From: Candidatus Uhrbacteria bacterium CG10_big_fil_rev_8_21_14_0_10_50_16
Lineage (GTDB): Bacteria > Patescibacteriota > Patescibacteriia > UBA9934 > UBA11717
Assembly (NCBI GenBank): GCA_002774875.1
Contig: PCYM01000001.1
Location: 118,153-182,152, forward strand
Direction: 5' to 3'
DNA length: 64,000 bases
Shown: positions 31,352 to 41,508 of the stretch, piece after piece
How the letters are laid out: every line of letters begins with the position of its first letter
Numbering within the stretch: position 1 is the first letter of the stretch
Made by a program: the position numbers and the translations under genes
The notes under the pieces: generated by a model
The model's database searches: none
Told to the model about the DNA's origin: nothing
What the model saw: only the letters and a program-made list of their open reading frames with translations

Positions 31352-32419
31352 ATGTTTAAGCAACTTCTTGGAAAATTTTCAAAGGATTTAGGGATTGATC
31401 TTGGCACGACCAATACGCTTGTCTATTCCCAGGAAAAGGGAATTGTTATTAATGAGCCTTCGGTTGTGGCGATGAACTCGCGTACCGGTCAGATTTTGGC
31501 CGTTGGTCGCGATGCTCGTAACATGATCGATAAAACGCCACCACATATCTCCACGGTGCGCCCTCTTGTAAAAGGGGTTATTTCTGATTTCGAGGTTACG
31601 GAGAAGATGCTTAAACATTTTATTGATGTGGTTCATTCGGAAACATTTACGTTTGTTCCCCGCCCACGTGTTGTGGTGGGTGTTCCGTTAGAAATAACGG
31701 AGGTGGAACGAAAAGCTGTTGAGGATGCGGTTTTGTCTGCGGGTGCACGTGAAGTGTTTTTGGTAGAGGCACCCATGGCGGCGGCAATTGGTGGACGTCT
31801 GCCTGTTATGGAATCCGTTGGAAGTATGCTTGTTGATTTAGGCGGGGGTACCACGGAGATTGCGGCTGTTTCCTTGGGCGGTGTCGTGACGTGGAAATCA
31901 TTGACAATAGCAGGAGAGGAATTGAACAAAAATATTGTGCAATACGCCCGTGACACGTTTAACCTTTTGATTGGCGACAAAGTGGCAGAAGAGATTAAGA
32001 TTAAAATAGGATCTGCCGCAACGCTCAGTGAGCCGTTGGTTATTCCTATGCGAGGTCGTGATCTCATATCGGGGTTACCTCGTGAGATTGTCGTGAATGA
32101 CACGCAAATCCGAGAGGCAATGAGTCGATCCATTAAATTTATCATCGATAATATTAAGGCAACGCTTGAGGTGACGCCCCCAGAGTTGGTGGCAGATATT
32201 TATGAACGTGGTCTTATCCTTGTAGGTGGTGGCGCATTACTCACAAACCTTGATGAAGCGATCGCTAAAGAAATTCAGATTCCTGTTCGCATTGCCGACG
32301 ACCCGTTAGCGTGTGTTGCGCGTGGAACGGGTGCGCTTCTCGATAATCCTGCGTTGCTTCGCGATCTTGCACTGCCTTCGGCAACAGATGATAGACGTTC
32401 CTTTCTTTCAAAAATATGA
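31352..32419 (+). CDS. mreB: rod shape-determining protein MreB
   Basis: DLGTTNTLVY actin-fold phosphate-1 motif; full MreB-like sequence. Confidence 0.9.
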   Translation: MFKQLLGKFSKDLGIDLGTTNTLVYSQEKGIVINEPSVVAMNSRTGQILAVGRDARNMIDKTPPHISTVRPLVKGVISDFEVTEKMLKHFIDVVHSETFTFVPRPRVVVGVPLEITEVERKAVEDAVLSAGAREVFLVEAPMAAAIGGRLPVMESVGSMLVDLGGGTTEIAAVSLGGVVTWKSLTIAGEELNKNIVQYARDTFNLLIGDKVAEEIKIKIGSAATLSEPLVIPMRGRDLISGLPREIVVNDTQIREAMSRSIKFIIDNIKATLEVTPPELVADIYERGLILVGGGALLTNLDEAIAKEIQIPVRIADDPLACVARGTGALLDNPALLRDLALPSATDDRRSFLSKI

Positions 32420-33222
32420 GGTCAACCTCGGTGGAATGGGGTGTACGCCTTATTTTTATCGCGGCCGTCGCCCTTGTGCTTGCGATCTTGGCTCGGACGA
32501 ATATTGTACGAGGGTCGAGTGGGCGATTTTTGAGCTGGTTAGAGTCTCCGTTTACCGTTGTCGCAGATACGGTTGGGGGGCATGGGGAAGTGATTTTTGC
32601 ATCACGTAAGGAATTGATCGCGGAGCTACAAGAGCGAGAGACACAGGTGCTGCAACTCGCAAAGACCGCATCTCAATGGGAATTGGCACAACAGGAACGG
32701 GATCAGGCGCTTGCACTACTAGGGTATTCCAAGGATGCATCAGAGGTTGTGCTTGCGGCACGCGTTCGCGTGCGATCTTCGGCGAGTGATTCAGACAGCG
32801 TCTTGATAGACAAAGGTGCCTTGGACGGCGTACAGACACAACAAGCTGTTATTACTGGGGAGGGGGCCTTCTACGGCCTCGTTGGGGAAGTCTTTGCGCA
32901 CACGGCGCGTGTTGTGCGATTAACAGACCCTTCGGTTGTTGTGGGAGGCCGCATGGTGAGCACACAGCAAACCGTTGGTGTAGTTGAAGGGGGCTATGGT
33001 CCTGTTGTTCGTATGGCTTACGTAGCACAAGACACGGACGTTCGTGTAAATGACATTGTTGTCACGTCAGGGGTCGATCCGTCTGTCCCTGCGGGGATTG
33101 TCATTGGACTGGTAAACGTGATTGAGGAAGATCAGAATGCGCCGTTTCTCACTCTCTATATAGAGCCGTTGGCACAGTTGCGACAAACACGTGTCGTGGG
33201 AATTCTGCAGTCCCCACTATGA
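32416..33222 (+). CDS. mreC: rod shape-determining protein MreC
   Basis: N-terminal TM, coiled coil, beta-rich C-terminus; operon position. Confidence 0.75.
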   Translation: MRSTSVEWGVRLIFIAAVALVLAILARTNIVRGSSGRFLSWLESPFTVVADTVGGHGEVIFASRKELIAELQERETQVLQLAKTASQWELAQQERDQALALLGYSKDASEVVLAARVRVRSSASDSDSVLIDKGALDGVQTQQAVITGEGAFYGLVGEVFAHTARVVRLTDPSVVVGGRMVSTQQTVGVVEGGYGPVVRMAYVAQDTDVRVNDIVVTSGVDPSVPAGIVIGLVNVIEEDQNAPFLTLYIEPLAQLRQTRVVGILQSPL

Positions 33223-33716
33223 TGCGGTATTTTGGTCATTTCATTTTTCTCCTAGTTTGCCTTGCACTTGAGTATGGGGCGATTCATGCGTTACCGCTCC
33301 CATGGTCATTGATACCGCTCTGCCTTTCTATTGGTGTGTTTTTTGTTTTTACGCTGCATGCAGATCTTGGTCTACTTTGGTTTGTTGGTGTTGGATTCGC
33401 GGCGGACCTGCAATCTATGCATCCAGTGGGGGAAACGGTCATTGGGGCCCTTATTGGGGGGGTTTTGATCTATATTGTGCAGCAGCATATCTCGCATAGC
33501 TCGCTCTATTCTGTCATGATTCTGGGAGGAAGTACGTCGTTAGTCTGGCTTGCCTGTGCAGAATTGCTTCGTCGCGTGACGGGCGTTTCTTCTTCATTTG
33601 GATTTGGTATGATTCTCACGGAGGCCTCTATAGCGATGATTTTGTCCGGTCTTCTCCTACTGGTTGTCCCTCGGGCAAGCAAATACTTGAGCCGCTCAAT
33701 ACGTTTTTACACATGA
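33219..33716 (+). CDS. mreD: rod shape-determining protein MreD
   Basis: Polytopic 165 aa after mreC. Confidence 0.55.
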   Translation: MMRYFGHFIFLLVCLALEYGAIHALPLPWSLIPLCLSIGVFFVFTLHADLGLLWFVGVGFAADLQSMHPVGETVIGALIGGVLIYIVQQHISHSSLYSVMILGGSTSLVWLACAELLRRVTGVSSSFGFGMILTEASIAMILSGLLLLVVPRASKYLSRSIRFYT

Positions 33717-35635
33717 ATCAGCAATCTCCATTCTCCATACAGCCGATGGATGGTCTCGGCGTTATTCCTGCGCTGCAGGAGGATATTGATTTTGAGGATA
33801 CGTTGGGACACACCTATAGAAATCGTTCCGAAGCTGATTTTATCGGAACGTCGATCACAGAAACACGGTGGAAGTGGGCGGGCATTACCATGGCGGTTCT
33901 TTTTGCGCTATTGCTTGGTCAGGCAGCACAATTACAAATCTGGCATGGAAATAGCTTTTATGCACAGGCCGAGGGAAACCGTATCCGGGACGAGGTCATT
34001 CCGGCGGATCGGGGGAGAATTTTGGATCGATCAGGAACTGTGTTGGTCAATAATATTCCCGCATTTTCTTTGTGGATCAAGCGTGATGTATTGGATGACT
34101 CGGATAAATATCTGGCAGCTATTGACCAGATGGCCCTATTGCTTAATGAGGATGTTCACGAGCTACATGATCAACTGCTTTCAAGCGACGGTTTGAGCGA
34201 TGAGCTGCTTGTGACGCATAATATGCCAACGGCTGCGGCGTTAGAAGTCCTCGCTTCTCCTGAAGCTTATGAGTATTTGCGCGTCGAGGCGGGTGTAAGA
34301 CGGTATGATGTCGACGTACAATCGCAGACACTTTCTGCGCTTCTTGGATATACAGGGTCAATGAATGAGGATGAGTATGCCGAGTATAGGCAATCTGGCT
34401 ATCAAAAAAATGAGCTCATTGGAAAGATTGGGATCGAGGAGTCGTATGAGCAAGTTTTACGAGGGTTTCCGGGGACGCGCCGAGTAGAGGTAGATGCGGT
34501 TGGTCACCCACAATCGATATTGGAAAAACGGGATGCTGTTGACGGCGCAACACTTACGCTCCATATCGACGCAGGCCTACAGGCCATGATTGAGGCCCAC
34601 CTGGCCCAGTTGGAAAATGAGCAGGGGATTCGCAACGCTTCCGTGGTTGTCATGGATCCTCGCGATGGAGGTATTCGTGCGCTTGTGTCCTATCCAGGTT
34701 TTGACAGCAATCTTTTTATGGACAAAATTGACCAAGACCAGTATCGTGCACTTCTTGAGGATCCTGCACGACCGCTCTTCTCGCGTGCGCTTTCTGGTCA
34801 GTTTCCTTCAGGATCAACATTTAAGCCTATCGTCGCGGCCGCAGCTTTGGACGCAGGCGTGATCACAGAACACACAACAGTCCTTAGTACGGGTGGAATC
34901 AGAATCGGACAATTCTTTTTCCCCGACTGGAAGGCGGGCGGACACGGCATTGTCGACGTACGCAAAGCGATCGCAGACTCGGTCAATACGTTCTTTTATA
35001 TGATTGGTGGTGGGTACCTCGACTTTGAGGGATTGGGGCTCGATCGGATGATGACTTCCGCGGCGGCATTTGGTCTCGGTCAGCCTTTAGGGATTGATGT
35101 TCCGCACGAAGCTTCTGGATTTCTTCCAAGTGCCGCTTGGAAGAATGAAGTAAAACAGGAGCCGTGGTATATTGGAGACACGTATCACGTTTCTATTGGA
35201 CAAGGAGATATTTTAGTCACGCCACTTCAAGTTGCTGCGTTTACAACGGTGTTTGCAAACGGAGGTACATTGTTTGAACCACAGGTTGTTGATCGCTATG
35301 AATCTCAGGGAAAGATACAGGACATTGCTCCACGTATTATAAACTCAGAGACGGCAAGTCCGGAGGCGATTGCGATTGTGCGTGAAGGGCTGAGACAAAC
35401 GGTTACTCAGGGTTCCGGAAGGAGGTTGAATGGGTTGCCTATTCCTGTTGCAGGAAAAACGGGAACGGCGCAATGGCACAGCACAAAAGAAAACCATGCA
35501 TGGTTTACGGGGTTTGCTCCCTACGATGATCCAGAATTAGTCGTGACTATTCTGATCGAAGAAGGAGGGGAGGGATCCGCTGTTGCCGTTCCGCTCGCTT
35601 ATGATATTTTTGATTGGTGGTTTTACAAAGAATAG
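33713..35635 (+). CDS. mrdA: penicillin-binding protein 2 (class B transpeptidase)
   Basis: SGSTFKP (SxxK), KTGTAQ (KTG) motifs; N-terminal TM; follows mreBCD. Confidence 0.85.
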   Translation: MNQQSPFSIQPMDGLGVIPALQEDIDFEDTLGHTYRNRSEADFIGTSITETRWKWAGITMAVLFALLLGQAAQLQIWHGNSFYAQAEGNRIRDEVIPADRGRILDRSGTVLVNNIPAFSLWIKRDVLDDSDKYLAAIDQMALLLNEDVHELHDQLLSSDGLSDELLVTHNMPTAAALEVLASPEAYEYLRVEAGVRRYDVDVQSQTLSALLGYTGSMNEDEYAEYRQSGYQKNELIGKIGIEESYEQVLRGFPGTRRVEVDAVGHPQSILEKRDAVDGATLTLHIDAGLQAMIEAHLAQLENEQGIRNASVVVMDPRDGGIRALVSYPGFDSNLFMDKIDQDQYRALLEDPARPLFSRALSGQFPSGSTFKPIVAAAALDAGVITEHTTVLSTGGIRIGQFFFPDWKAGGHGIVDVRKAIADSVNTFFYMIGGGYLDFEGLGLDRMMTSAAAFGLGQPLGIDVPHEASGFLPSAAWKNEVKQEPWYIGDTYHVSIGQGDILVTPLQVAAFTTVFANGGTLFEPQVVDRYESQGKIQDIAPRIINSETASPEAIAIVREGLRQTVTQGSGRRLNGLPIPVAGKTGTAQWHSTKENHAWFTGFAPYDDPELVVTILIEEGGEGSAVAVPLAYDIFDWWFYKE

Positions 35636-35636
35636 T

Positions 35637-36098
35637 ATGACAGATACACATTACATGAGTCAGGAGAAGCTTGATGAGTTGATTCAAGAACTTCAAGAAC
35701 GCAAAACGGCTGGGCGTAAAGAAATCGCCGTAACGTTAGAATACGCAAAGTCCCTCGGGGATCTCTCCGAGAATTTTGAATATCATGATGCAAAAGATCG
35801 ACAAGCAACAAATGAAAAGCGCATTATCATTCTCGAGGACATGATTAAAAATGCCGTGATTATCCAGCAACAGTCCGGTGGATCTGTTATTGATTTAGGT
35901 GTCACATTCCTTGTGGAACGCGATCAAAAGGAAATGACCTTCCAAATTGTTGGAAGCAACGAAGCAAACCCATTGGAGGGAAAGATCAGTAATGAGTCTC
36001 CCATGGGAGAGGCATTTATCGGTGCGCGTGTAGGAGAAGTTGTTGTTGTGGAGACACCTGCAGGCCATGCACAATACACCGTTAAGGCGATTCATTAG
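35637..36098 (+). CDS. greA: transcription elongation factor GreA
   Basis: N-terminal coiled coil with DLSENFEYHDAKD acidic tip and C-terminal FKBP-like domain; start is either 35637 or 35655. Confidence 0.8.
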   Translation: MTDTHYMSQEKLDELIQELQERKTAGRKEIAVTLEYAKSLGDLSENFEYHDAKDRQATNEKRIIILEDMIKNAVIIQQQSGGSVIDLGVTFLVERDQKEMTFQIVGSNEANPLEGKISNESPMGEAFIGARVGEVVVVETPAGHAQYTVKAIH

Positions 36099-36264
36099 AC
36101 TTGTGGAGAGGCCTTGACGAACCTCTCAAAGTTTCGTACGCTAGCGTCGTACTAAGGAGGTGTGCAAAATTTAGGCACGAGACCCTGGTTACTTGACAAA
36201 ATGCCTATTAAAGAGTTTAGTAGCCCCAAGAATGTTGGGGGTTGAATCGTAACAAAAACAGACT

Positions 36265-36702
36265 ATGAAGCGCGTCATGGTGTTCGGAACCTTCGATATT
36301 GTGCACGATGGACATCGTCATCTTTTGCAACAAGCGGCGGAAATGGGAGAGGAAGTAATTGTGGTTGTCTCACGAGATGAGCATGTTCTTGAGTTAAAAG
36401 GACGTCTCCCTATTAATCAGTTGGATGACCGTCTGGAAGCGATTAGTTGTGAATCAGAAGTAACACTTGCGGTTGCAGGAGATGAAGAGCTCGGTAGCTA
36501 TGGAGTTCTTACAGAGCACGAACCAGATGCGGTTCTTCTCGGTTATGACCAAGACGAGCTCAAGGATAATTTAACCTCATGGATGGAGGATCAGGAACTG
36601 CATAATATTTCTTGCACCTATGCTTCCGCGTATATGCCACATTTATTTAATACGACGCGTATTGTAGAGCAAATGCAGGATGAAGAAATGTCTGTCCTAT
36701 GA
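36265..36702 (+). CDS. cytidylyltransferase-like nucleotidyltransferase (HxGH family)
   Basis: GTFDIVHDGH motif at the N-terminus; substrate unknown. Confidence 0.6.
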   Translation: MKRVMVFGTFDIVHDGHRHLLQQAAEMGEEVIVVVSRDEHVLELKGRLPINQLDDRLEAISCESEVTLAVAGDEELGSYGVLTEHEPDAVLLGYDQDELKDNLTSWMEDQELHNISCTYASAYMPHLFNTTRIVEQMQDEEMSVL

Positions 36703-37967
36703 TCGATTTAAAGTTTCTTCAGGAGCATGGAGATGTTGTGGAGGCCAATAACGCGCGCCGAGGTGCGCGTATTGATATCTCTATCGCACAGGGACTCATT
36801 AGCCAGCGTGTAGAAGAAATGGGTCGAGTTGAAGCACTACGTCAAGAAGGGAATGAAATTGCAGCCAGGATTCCCTTTGCAGCGGATCAAGATAAACCGA
36901 CACTGATTGAAAAAGGAAAACAGATTCGAACACACGTAAAAGAACAGGAGGTTCAACTAAAAGAGATTGAAACAGCGTTAGCGCAAGAGCTCAAGCAATA
37001 CCCAAATATTTTGCGTGACGATGTTCCAGATGGTACAGATGAATCAGCAAATGAACTCGTACAAACCGTTAGTGAACCAACGACGTTTACCTTTACACCA
37101 AAAGATCACCTGGAGCTTGGGGAGGCTCTTGGTATTATTGACGTAGAACGAGCGGCAAAAGTGTCCGGCGCGCGTTTTGTCTATTTGCTAGGAGATGGGG
37201 CTCGCATGCAGTTTGCGCTCTTGAACTATGCAATGGATACGTTAGTAAAGGAACAATTTGTGCCAGCGCTGACTCCGCACATGATCAAGACGGAAATGAT
37301 GGATGCTATGGGTTATCTAAGTCATGGTGGGGAAGACGAGATCTATCATCTAAAGAATGATGACCTCGTTCTTATTGGAACGTCTGAACAATCGGTGGGG
37401 CCAATGCATAGCGGGGAAATCCTTGCGGCAGAAAAGTTACCTATGCGATACGTAGGTTACTCTCCTTGTTACCGGAGAGAGGCGGGTAGCTATGGAAAAG
37501 ATGTGCGCGGAATTTTGCGCGTGCATCAATTTGATAAGATCGAGATGTTTTCCTACGCGGACCCAGAAAATTCTGATCAGGAACATGAGTTTTTGCTCTC
37601 TATGCAAACACGACTTATGAATGGTCTTGGTTTGCCGTACCGTGTCATGAAGCTCTGTGCGATGGACACTGGCACACCTTCTGCTCGTACGTATGATATT
37701 GAGACATGGATGCCAGCACAGGGCGCATACCGAGAAACACATTCCACTTCTAACACAACGGATTTTCAAACGCGGCGTCTTCAGACACGTGTTAAGAAAG
37801 ATGGGAAGACACAGTTTGTCCATGCGCTTAATGGAACGGCCTTTGCCATTGGTCGAATATTGATTGCAATTTTGGAGAATAATCAACAAGAGGACGGAAC
37901 TATTAAAATTCCAGAAGTTCTGCGGCCCTATATGGGTGGACAAGAGGTTATTACCTCTCGGTTGTAG
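36699..37967 (+). CDS. serS: seryl-tRNA synthetase
   Basis: N-terminal coiled-coil arm; class II motifs (GYSPCYRREAGS, FDKIEMF). Confidence 0.9.
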   Translation: MIDLKFLQEHGDVVEANNARRGARIDISIAQGLISQRVEEMGRVEALRQEGNEIAARIPFAADQDKPTLIEKGKQIRTHVKEQEVQLKEIETALAQELKQYPNILRDDVPDGTDESANELVQTVSEPTTFTFTPKDHLELGEALGIIDVERAAKVSGARFVYLLGDGARMQFALLNYAMDTLVKEQFVPALTPHMIKTEMMDAMGYLSHGGEDEIYHLKNDDLVLIGTSEQSVGPMHSGEILAAEKLPMRYVGYSPCYRREAGSYGKDVRGILRVHQFDKIEMFSYADPENSDQEHEFLLSMQTRLMNGLGLPYRVMKLCAMDTGTPSARTYDIETWMPAQGAYRETHSTSNTTDFQTRRLQTRVKKDGKTQFVHALNGTAFAIGRILIAILENNQQEDGTIKIPEVLRPYMGGQEVITSRL

Positions 37968-37986
37968 TCAGTCCCTTGGGTCCTAG

Positions 37987-38832
37987 TTGACCCGTAAGTT
38001 CGTGCTTATGGCTTTCATGCAACGACGACAACGGCGAGTAAATCCTTATTTTCGCCAGAAACCAGTGGGGCCTACGCGCACAATGTTTGTACGTATTTCT
38101 ATTAGCATTGTAGGGATCGTCGTTTTTCTAGGTCTTGTATATGGTCCATTCTTTGATATTCGCACGGTACGCGTTGAGGGAGCGTCTCCAGACATTGAGA
38201 GCGCCATCTCGATACGGTCTAACGAGTGGCTACAGAAAAAACACTTCTTTGTTCTTCCGAGGAGAAATAAATATTTTGTAGGGATCGCGGGCTTGGAGTC
38301 CGTGCTGCTTGCGGAGCTTCCGTTAAATACAGTGCAAATAGAACGAGAAAAACGTGAACTTGTGGTACGCGTGAATGAGAAAATTCGTACATTTTATCTG
38401 TTAAAGGAGGATAAGCTTTATGCAGTAGACCGATTTGGTATGTTGTTGGAGCAGGTGGACGATCTTGAGCGTGCTCGTATCGTTTTAGAAATCGCATCGG
38501 GGGCAACAGTCCCTGTTATTACCGACGAGAGGGGAGTCGCTATTTTGGAGGGTCAGCCGATCATTGCTCCAGCATGGCTTGAGAATATTGTTACCTTGTT
38601 TGATGTGTTGGAGGAAAAAACAATGCTCTCGCCAAAATCTGCGACGATTGTAGATGAGGAGGGGAGGGTAGATGTGGAAACGGAATCGGGTGTGGTCCTC
38701 TATACAAATATTGAAAAAGGCATCGATACACAGATCGAGAAACTGACGGCATTGATCGATAGACGGCTTGTGGACATTGCAGAACTTTCGTATATTGACC
38801 TACGATTTACCAATAGACTCTTCTATCATTAA
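37987..38832 (+). CDS. FtsQ/DivIB-like cell division protein (TM plus POTRA)
   Basis: TM segment, then POTRA-like FDIRTVRVEGASPD..LPLNTVQIEREKRELVVRVNEKI; start uncertain. Confidence 0.5.
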   Translation: MTRKFVLMAFMQRRQRRVNPYFRQKPVGPTRTMFVRISISIVGIVVFLGLVYGPFFDIRTVRVEGASPDIESAISIRSNEWLQKKHFFVLPRRNKYFVGIAGLESVLLAELPLNTVQIEREKRELVVRVNEKIRTFYLLKEDKLYAVDRFGMLLEQVDDLERARIVLEIASGATVPVITDERGVAILEGQPIIAPAWLENIVTLFDVLEEKTMLSPKSATIVDEEGRVDVETESGVVLYTNIEKGIDTQIEKLTALIDRRLVDIAELSYIDLRFTNRLFYH

Positions 38833-38838
38833 ATTTCT

Positions 38839-39309
38839 ATGAAACTCAAATCCGTACTTGCTCTCATTGGCCTCGTTATTATCGTGTTGCTCCTCGCCTC
38901 TTGGTTTAAACAGGGCATCCCGGAGCAACAAGCAGAAGGATTTCTCCCTGACCACATTACAGAGATAGAAGGAACAACATTGCCAAGAGCTATTCAGGAG
39001 GCCAGAATACGTGGGAAGCGGTTTGTCCGTATTTCAGATCCTGACGGGAATACAATTACGGTTGATCTTGGTCAGCAGACACAAACAATCTTTACACTTT
39101 CTGACCCAGGCGAGGAACCTCTTAAGGTTCTACAATCCTATAAGGTGCCTGTAGAGAAAGCATTTGGTATTGTGGATATTCCAGGAGAGTCGTACAGCTT
39201 TTCGCTACCGGAGGTAAATTATGCACAAATCGCAAGTATCGTGTACGAGATCTCGGTCAGACTTTTCCACATAGCGTCTACTACGAACTGGGTAATTGAT
39301 ATAGAATAA
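38839..39309 (+). CDS. hypothetical membrane-anchored protein
   Basis: N-terminal TM; no family recognised. Confidence 0.4.
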   Translation: MKLKSVLALIGLVIIVLLLASWFKQGIPEQQAEGFLPDHITEIEGTTLPRAIQEARIRGKRFVRISDPDGNTITVDLGQQTQTIFTLSDPGEEPLKVLQSYKVPVEKAFGIVDIPGESYSFSLPEVNYAQIASIVYEISVRLFHIASTTNWVIDIE

Positions 39310-39338
39310 AATCATACATAAATCATAAACAAACATGT

Positions 39339-39554
39339 ATGAAGGGTTGTTGCAAGAATTCTGGAGGAATCCAGATGGTCGCCTGGGTATTAATCATCGT
39401 TGGAGCTATTAACTGGGGTCTTGTTGGAGGCTTTGGATTTAACCTTGTTAACTGGATTTTCTCATTCAGTGAGGTTGTAGAAACGATCGTTTACATCCTT
39501 GTTGGAGTCTCTGGAGTGTACGCGGTATTTACGGGGTGTCACGGTAAAAAGTAG
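39339..39554 (+). CDS. DUF378-like small membrane protein
   Basis: VAWVLIIVGAINWGLVG motif; start is either 39339 or 39375. Confidence 0.5.
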   Translation: MKGCCKNSGGIQMVAWVLIIVGAINWGLVGGFGFNLVNWIFSFSEVVETIVYILVGVSGVYAVFTGCHGKK

Positions 39555-39574
39555 GCTGCCATAATTGAGAGAGA

Positions 39575-39605
39575 AACGACCATAAACACATGGTCGTTTT
39601 GTTTT
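39575..39605 (+). terminator. intrinsic terminator (aacgaccat-aaacac-atggtcgtt plus T-run)
   Basis: 9-bp stem followed by TTTTGTTTT. Confidence 0.6.
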
Positions 39606-39795
39606 AGACAAATCCGTCTGCTACATTTTACGACACAAAGTACAAGGGAGGGGAGCGAGGGTAGAGGACTACACAGAATGAGATCGCCACATACTTACCG
39701 TTAAGATATGGGAAGTTGCTAAATACAAATAGGAATTTCCGCTACGGAGATATTTTTATTTTAACTGCAAATATTTTCAAGGTAGTCCGGGACGT

Positions 39796-39819
39796 CTCAA
39801 ATCAACACAGGTCAATTTT
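39796..39819. repeat. direct repeat copy 1: ctcaaatcaacacaggtcaatttt (24 nt, exact)
   Basis: Identical 24-mer recurs at 40239-40262. Confidence 0.7.
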
Positions 39820-40238
39820 GATTTTCATAGATTTGTGAGAGGATGTTTTATCGTGTCACAATTGGCTATCTGTACAATGTGAACATGCATCAGCGCATGG
39901 AAACGCGTTAATCGGATACAATAATAACAATCTGTAGGACGTATTAAAAAGAAAGCAATCAATAGAAGCATTAACGTATATATAGATTGACTACCAAGGA
40001 ATACGTAGTCGAATCTCCCATGAGTCGTAAAAGGTATATTGCGCGACACATAGAACAAACTGCTTCGTCACGCAAGGAGGTGCTGCACCTCGCCTGTCTT
40101 CTATCCAGATTCCTTGTGTTTAAAGGGATCTTGTTCGAATGAGTGCTTTGATACCCTATCGAACCGTATATTCTCTCCCCCTGTGTTATCTGAAGCCCCG
40201 TGTCACTACAAAAGAAAAATTAACGTGCCTTACTACCC

Positions 40239-40262
40239 CTCAAATCAACACAGGTCAATTTT
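40239..40262. repeat. direct repeat copy 2: ctcaaatcaacacaggtcaatttt (24 nt, exact)
   Basis: Identical to 39796-39819, 443 bp away, in a gene-free spacer between convergent genes. Confidence 0.7.
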
Positions 40263-40282
40263 AAGCGTTAAAACAAACGAAC

Positions 40283-41506
40283 TTATTGATTAATAAGATA
40301 TTCATAAGGGTTTACGGGAATACCATTCTCCCGAACCTCAAAGTGTAGATGTGCTCCCGTTGAAAGTCCTGCACCAGGGGTTCCTGGAATTCCACCGGTT
40401 TTACCAATTGGTTGGCCTCGCTCAACAAACTGATCGGCTCTTACGTCCATTTGCGACAAATGTGCGTAGAGCGTGGCCACGCCGTTAGCGTGGATAATCA
40501 TAATGTAGTTTCCATAGCTGCGTCCTGTGAGCGCCCAGGCGACGTATCCTGGTGCGGCGGCTCGTAGCTGTGTTCCGTATGGAACGGCCATGTCGAGTCC
40601 GGAATGCTCAAAGAGATGACGGAACGGATATGTTGGGTCGTGAAACGTTGCCGTGATGACGGGGCCTGTAACGGGCCAGGACAAAATTGTCGGTCCAATA
40701 AGCTCTTGTGCTTGCTCATCTCCCTCGTCAATTTTGCGATTAACCTCCTCCTGCAATCGGAAAATTTGTGTCTGAATATATTGGCGCTCCTCACTGAGCT
40801 CACGAAGCAGCACACCAAACTGTGCCTCTGAATTCTCCGCAGCAGCTAGGAGTGAATCCTTTGCGGCCTTCTCTTGTTCTAGGTGTAGTTTTGTCTTTTG
40901 TAATTCCTCCCGCATAGAGACAAGTCGCTCTTTTTGCTCCGTTTGCTGTTCTTGTTGTGCGGACAACTGTGCACTCAACGTCTTTACGCGTTCTAGTGTA
41001 AGGGATAGATCCTCTTGCAATGTTTCTAGGTATTGTACTTGATCAAAGAACTCCGAAAATACATCATGGCCAAAAAGAACTTCAATAGGACCTGCGTCGT
41101 CTACCTGATAAAGTTCTTTGAGGACAATACCGATCATTGTGCGTGCCTCTGTGATTTGCTGTTCCGCACTTACAATCTCCTCTCGTGTTTTGTTGATCTC
41201 TAGTTCTACCTTGTCGATCGAAAGTTGCGCAGATTGAATGTCGAGCTGTGTCTTTTTGACGCGGTTTTCTAAAATGGAGAGCTCGTTTGAAAGGCTTTTT
41301 TGTTGTTGCTCAGCCTTAACGATCTTATCCTGAAACTGATCAATCTTATTGCGGATACCGTCAATTTCTGCTTGCTTGTTCTCAATGTCCGTCGAGAGTT
41401 GATCGACTGTTGTTGCGGAGACGCTTACCACAAACGCACTTGTCGCAAAAAGCGCAAGAAGAATCGGGAAAACGACGTAACGTTGGAAAAGATTCGCTTG
41501 CTGCAT
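40283..41506 (-). CDS. M23-family peptidase with N-terminal coiled coil (EnvC/LytM-like)
   Basis: Long coiled-coil N-terminal region; C-terminal M23 motifs (HxxxD-like GIDMAVPYGT; HLHFEV). Confidence 0.8.
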   Translation of the reverse strand: MQQANLFQRYVVFPILLALFATSAFVVSVSATTVDQLSTDIENKQAEIDGIRNKIDQFQDKIVKAEQQQKSLSNELSILENRVKKTQLDIQSAQLSIDKVELEINKTREEIVSAEQQITEARTMIGIVLKELYQVDDAGPIEVLFGHDVFSEFFDQVQYLETLQEDLSLTLERVKTLSAQLSAQQEQQTEQKERLVSMREELQKTKLHLEQEKAAKDSLLAAAENSEAQFGVLLRELSEERQYIQTQIFRLQEEVNRKIDEGDEQAQELIGPTILSWPVTGPVITATFHDPTYPFRHLFEHSGLDMAVPYGTQLRAAAPGYVAWALTGRSYGNYIMIIHANGVATLYAHLSQMDVRADQFVERGQPIGKTGGIPGTPGAGLSTGAHLHFEVRENGIPVNPYEYLINQ

Positions 41507-41508
41507 AG

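Noticed and set aside
39825-40058. 77-aa minus-strand ORF inside the 720-bp spacer
   Set aside because: No ribosome-binding site; implausible composition (MFYVSRNIPFTTHGRFDYVFLG..); most likely chance ORF in AT-rich noncoding DNA.
40120-40140. GTTCGAAT T-loop-like sequence suggesting a hidden tRNA in the spacer
   Set aside because: Flanking bases cannot form a T-stem or acceptor stem on either strand; no cloverleaf can be drawn.
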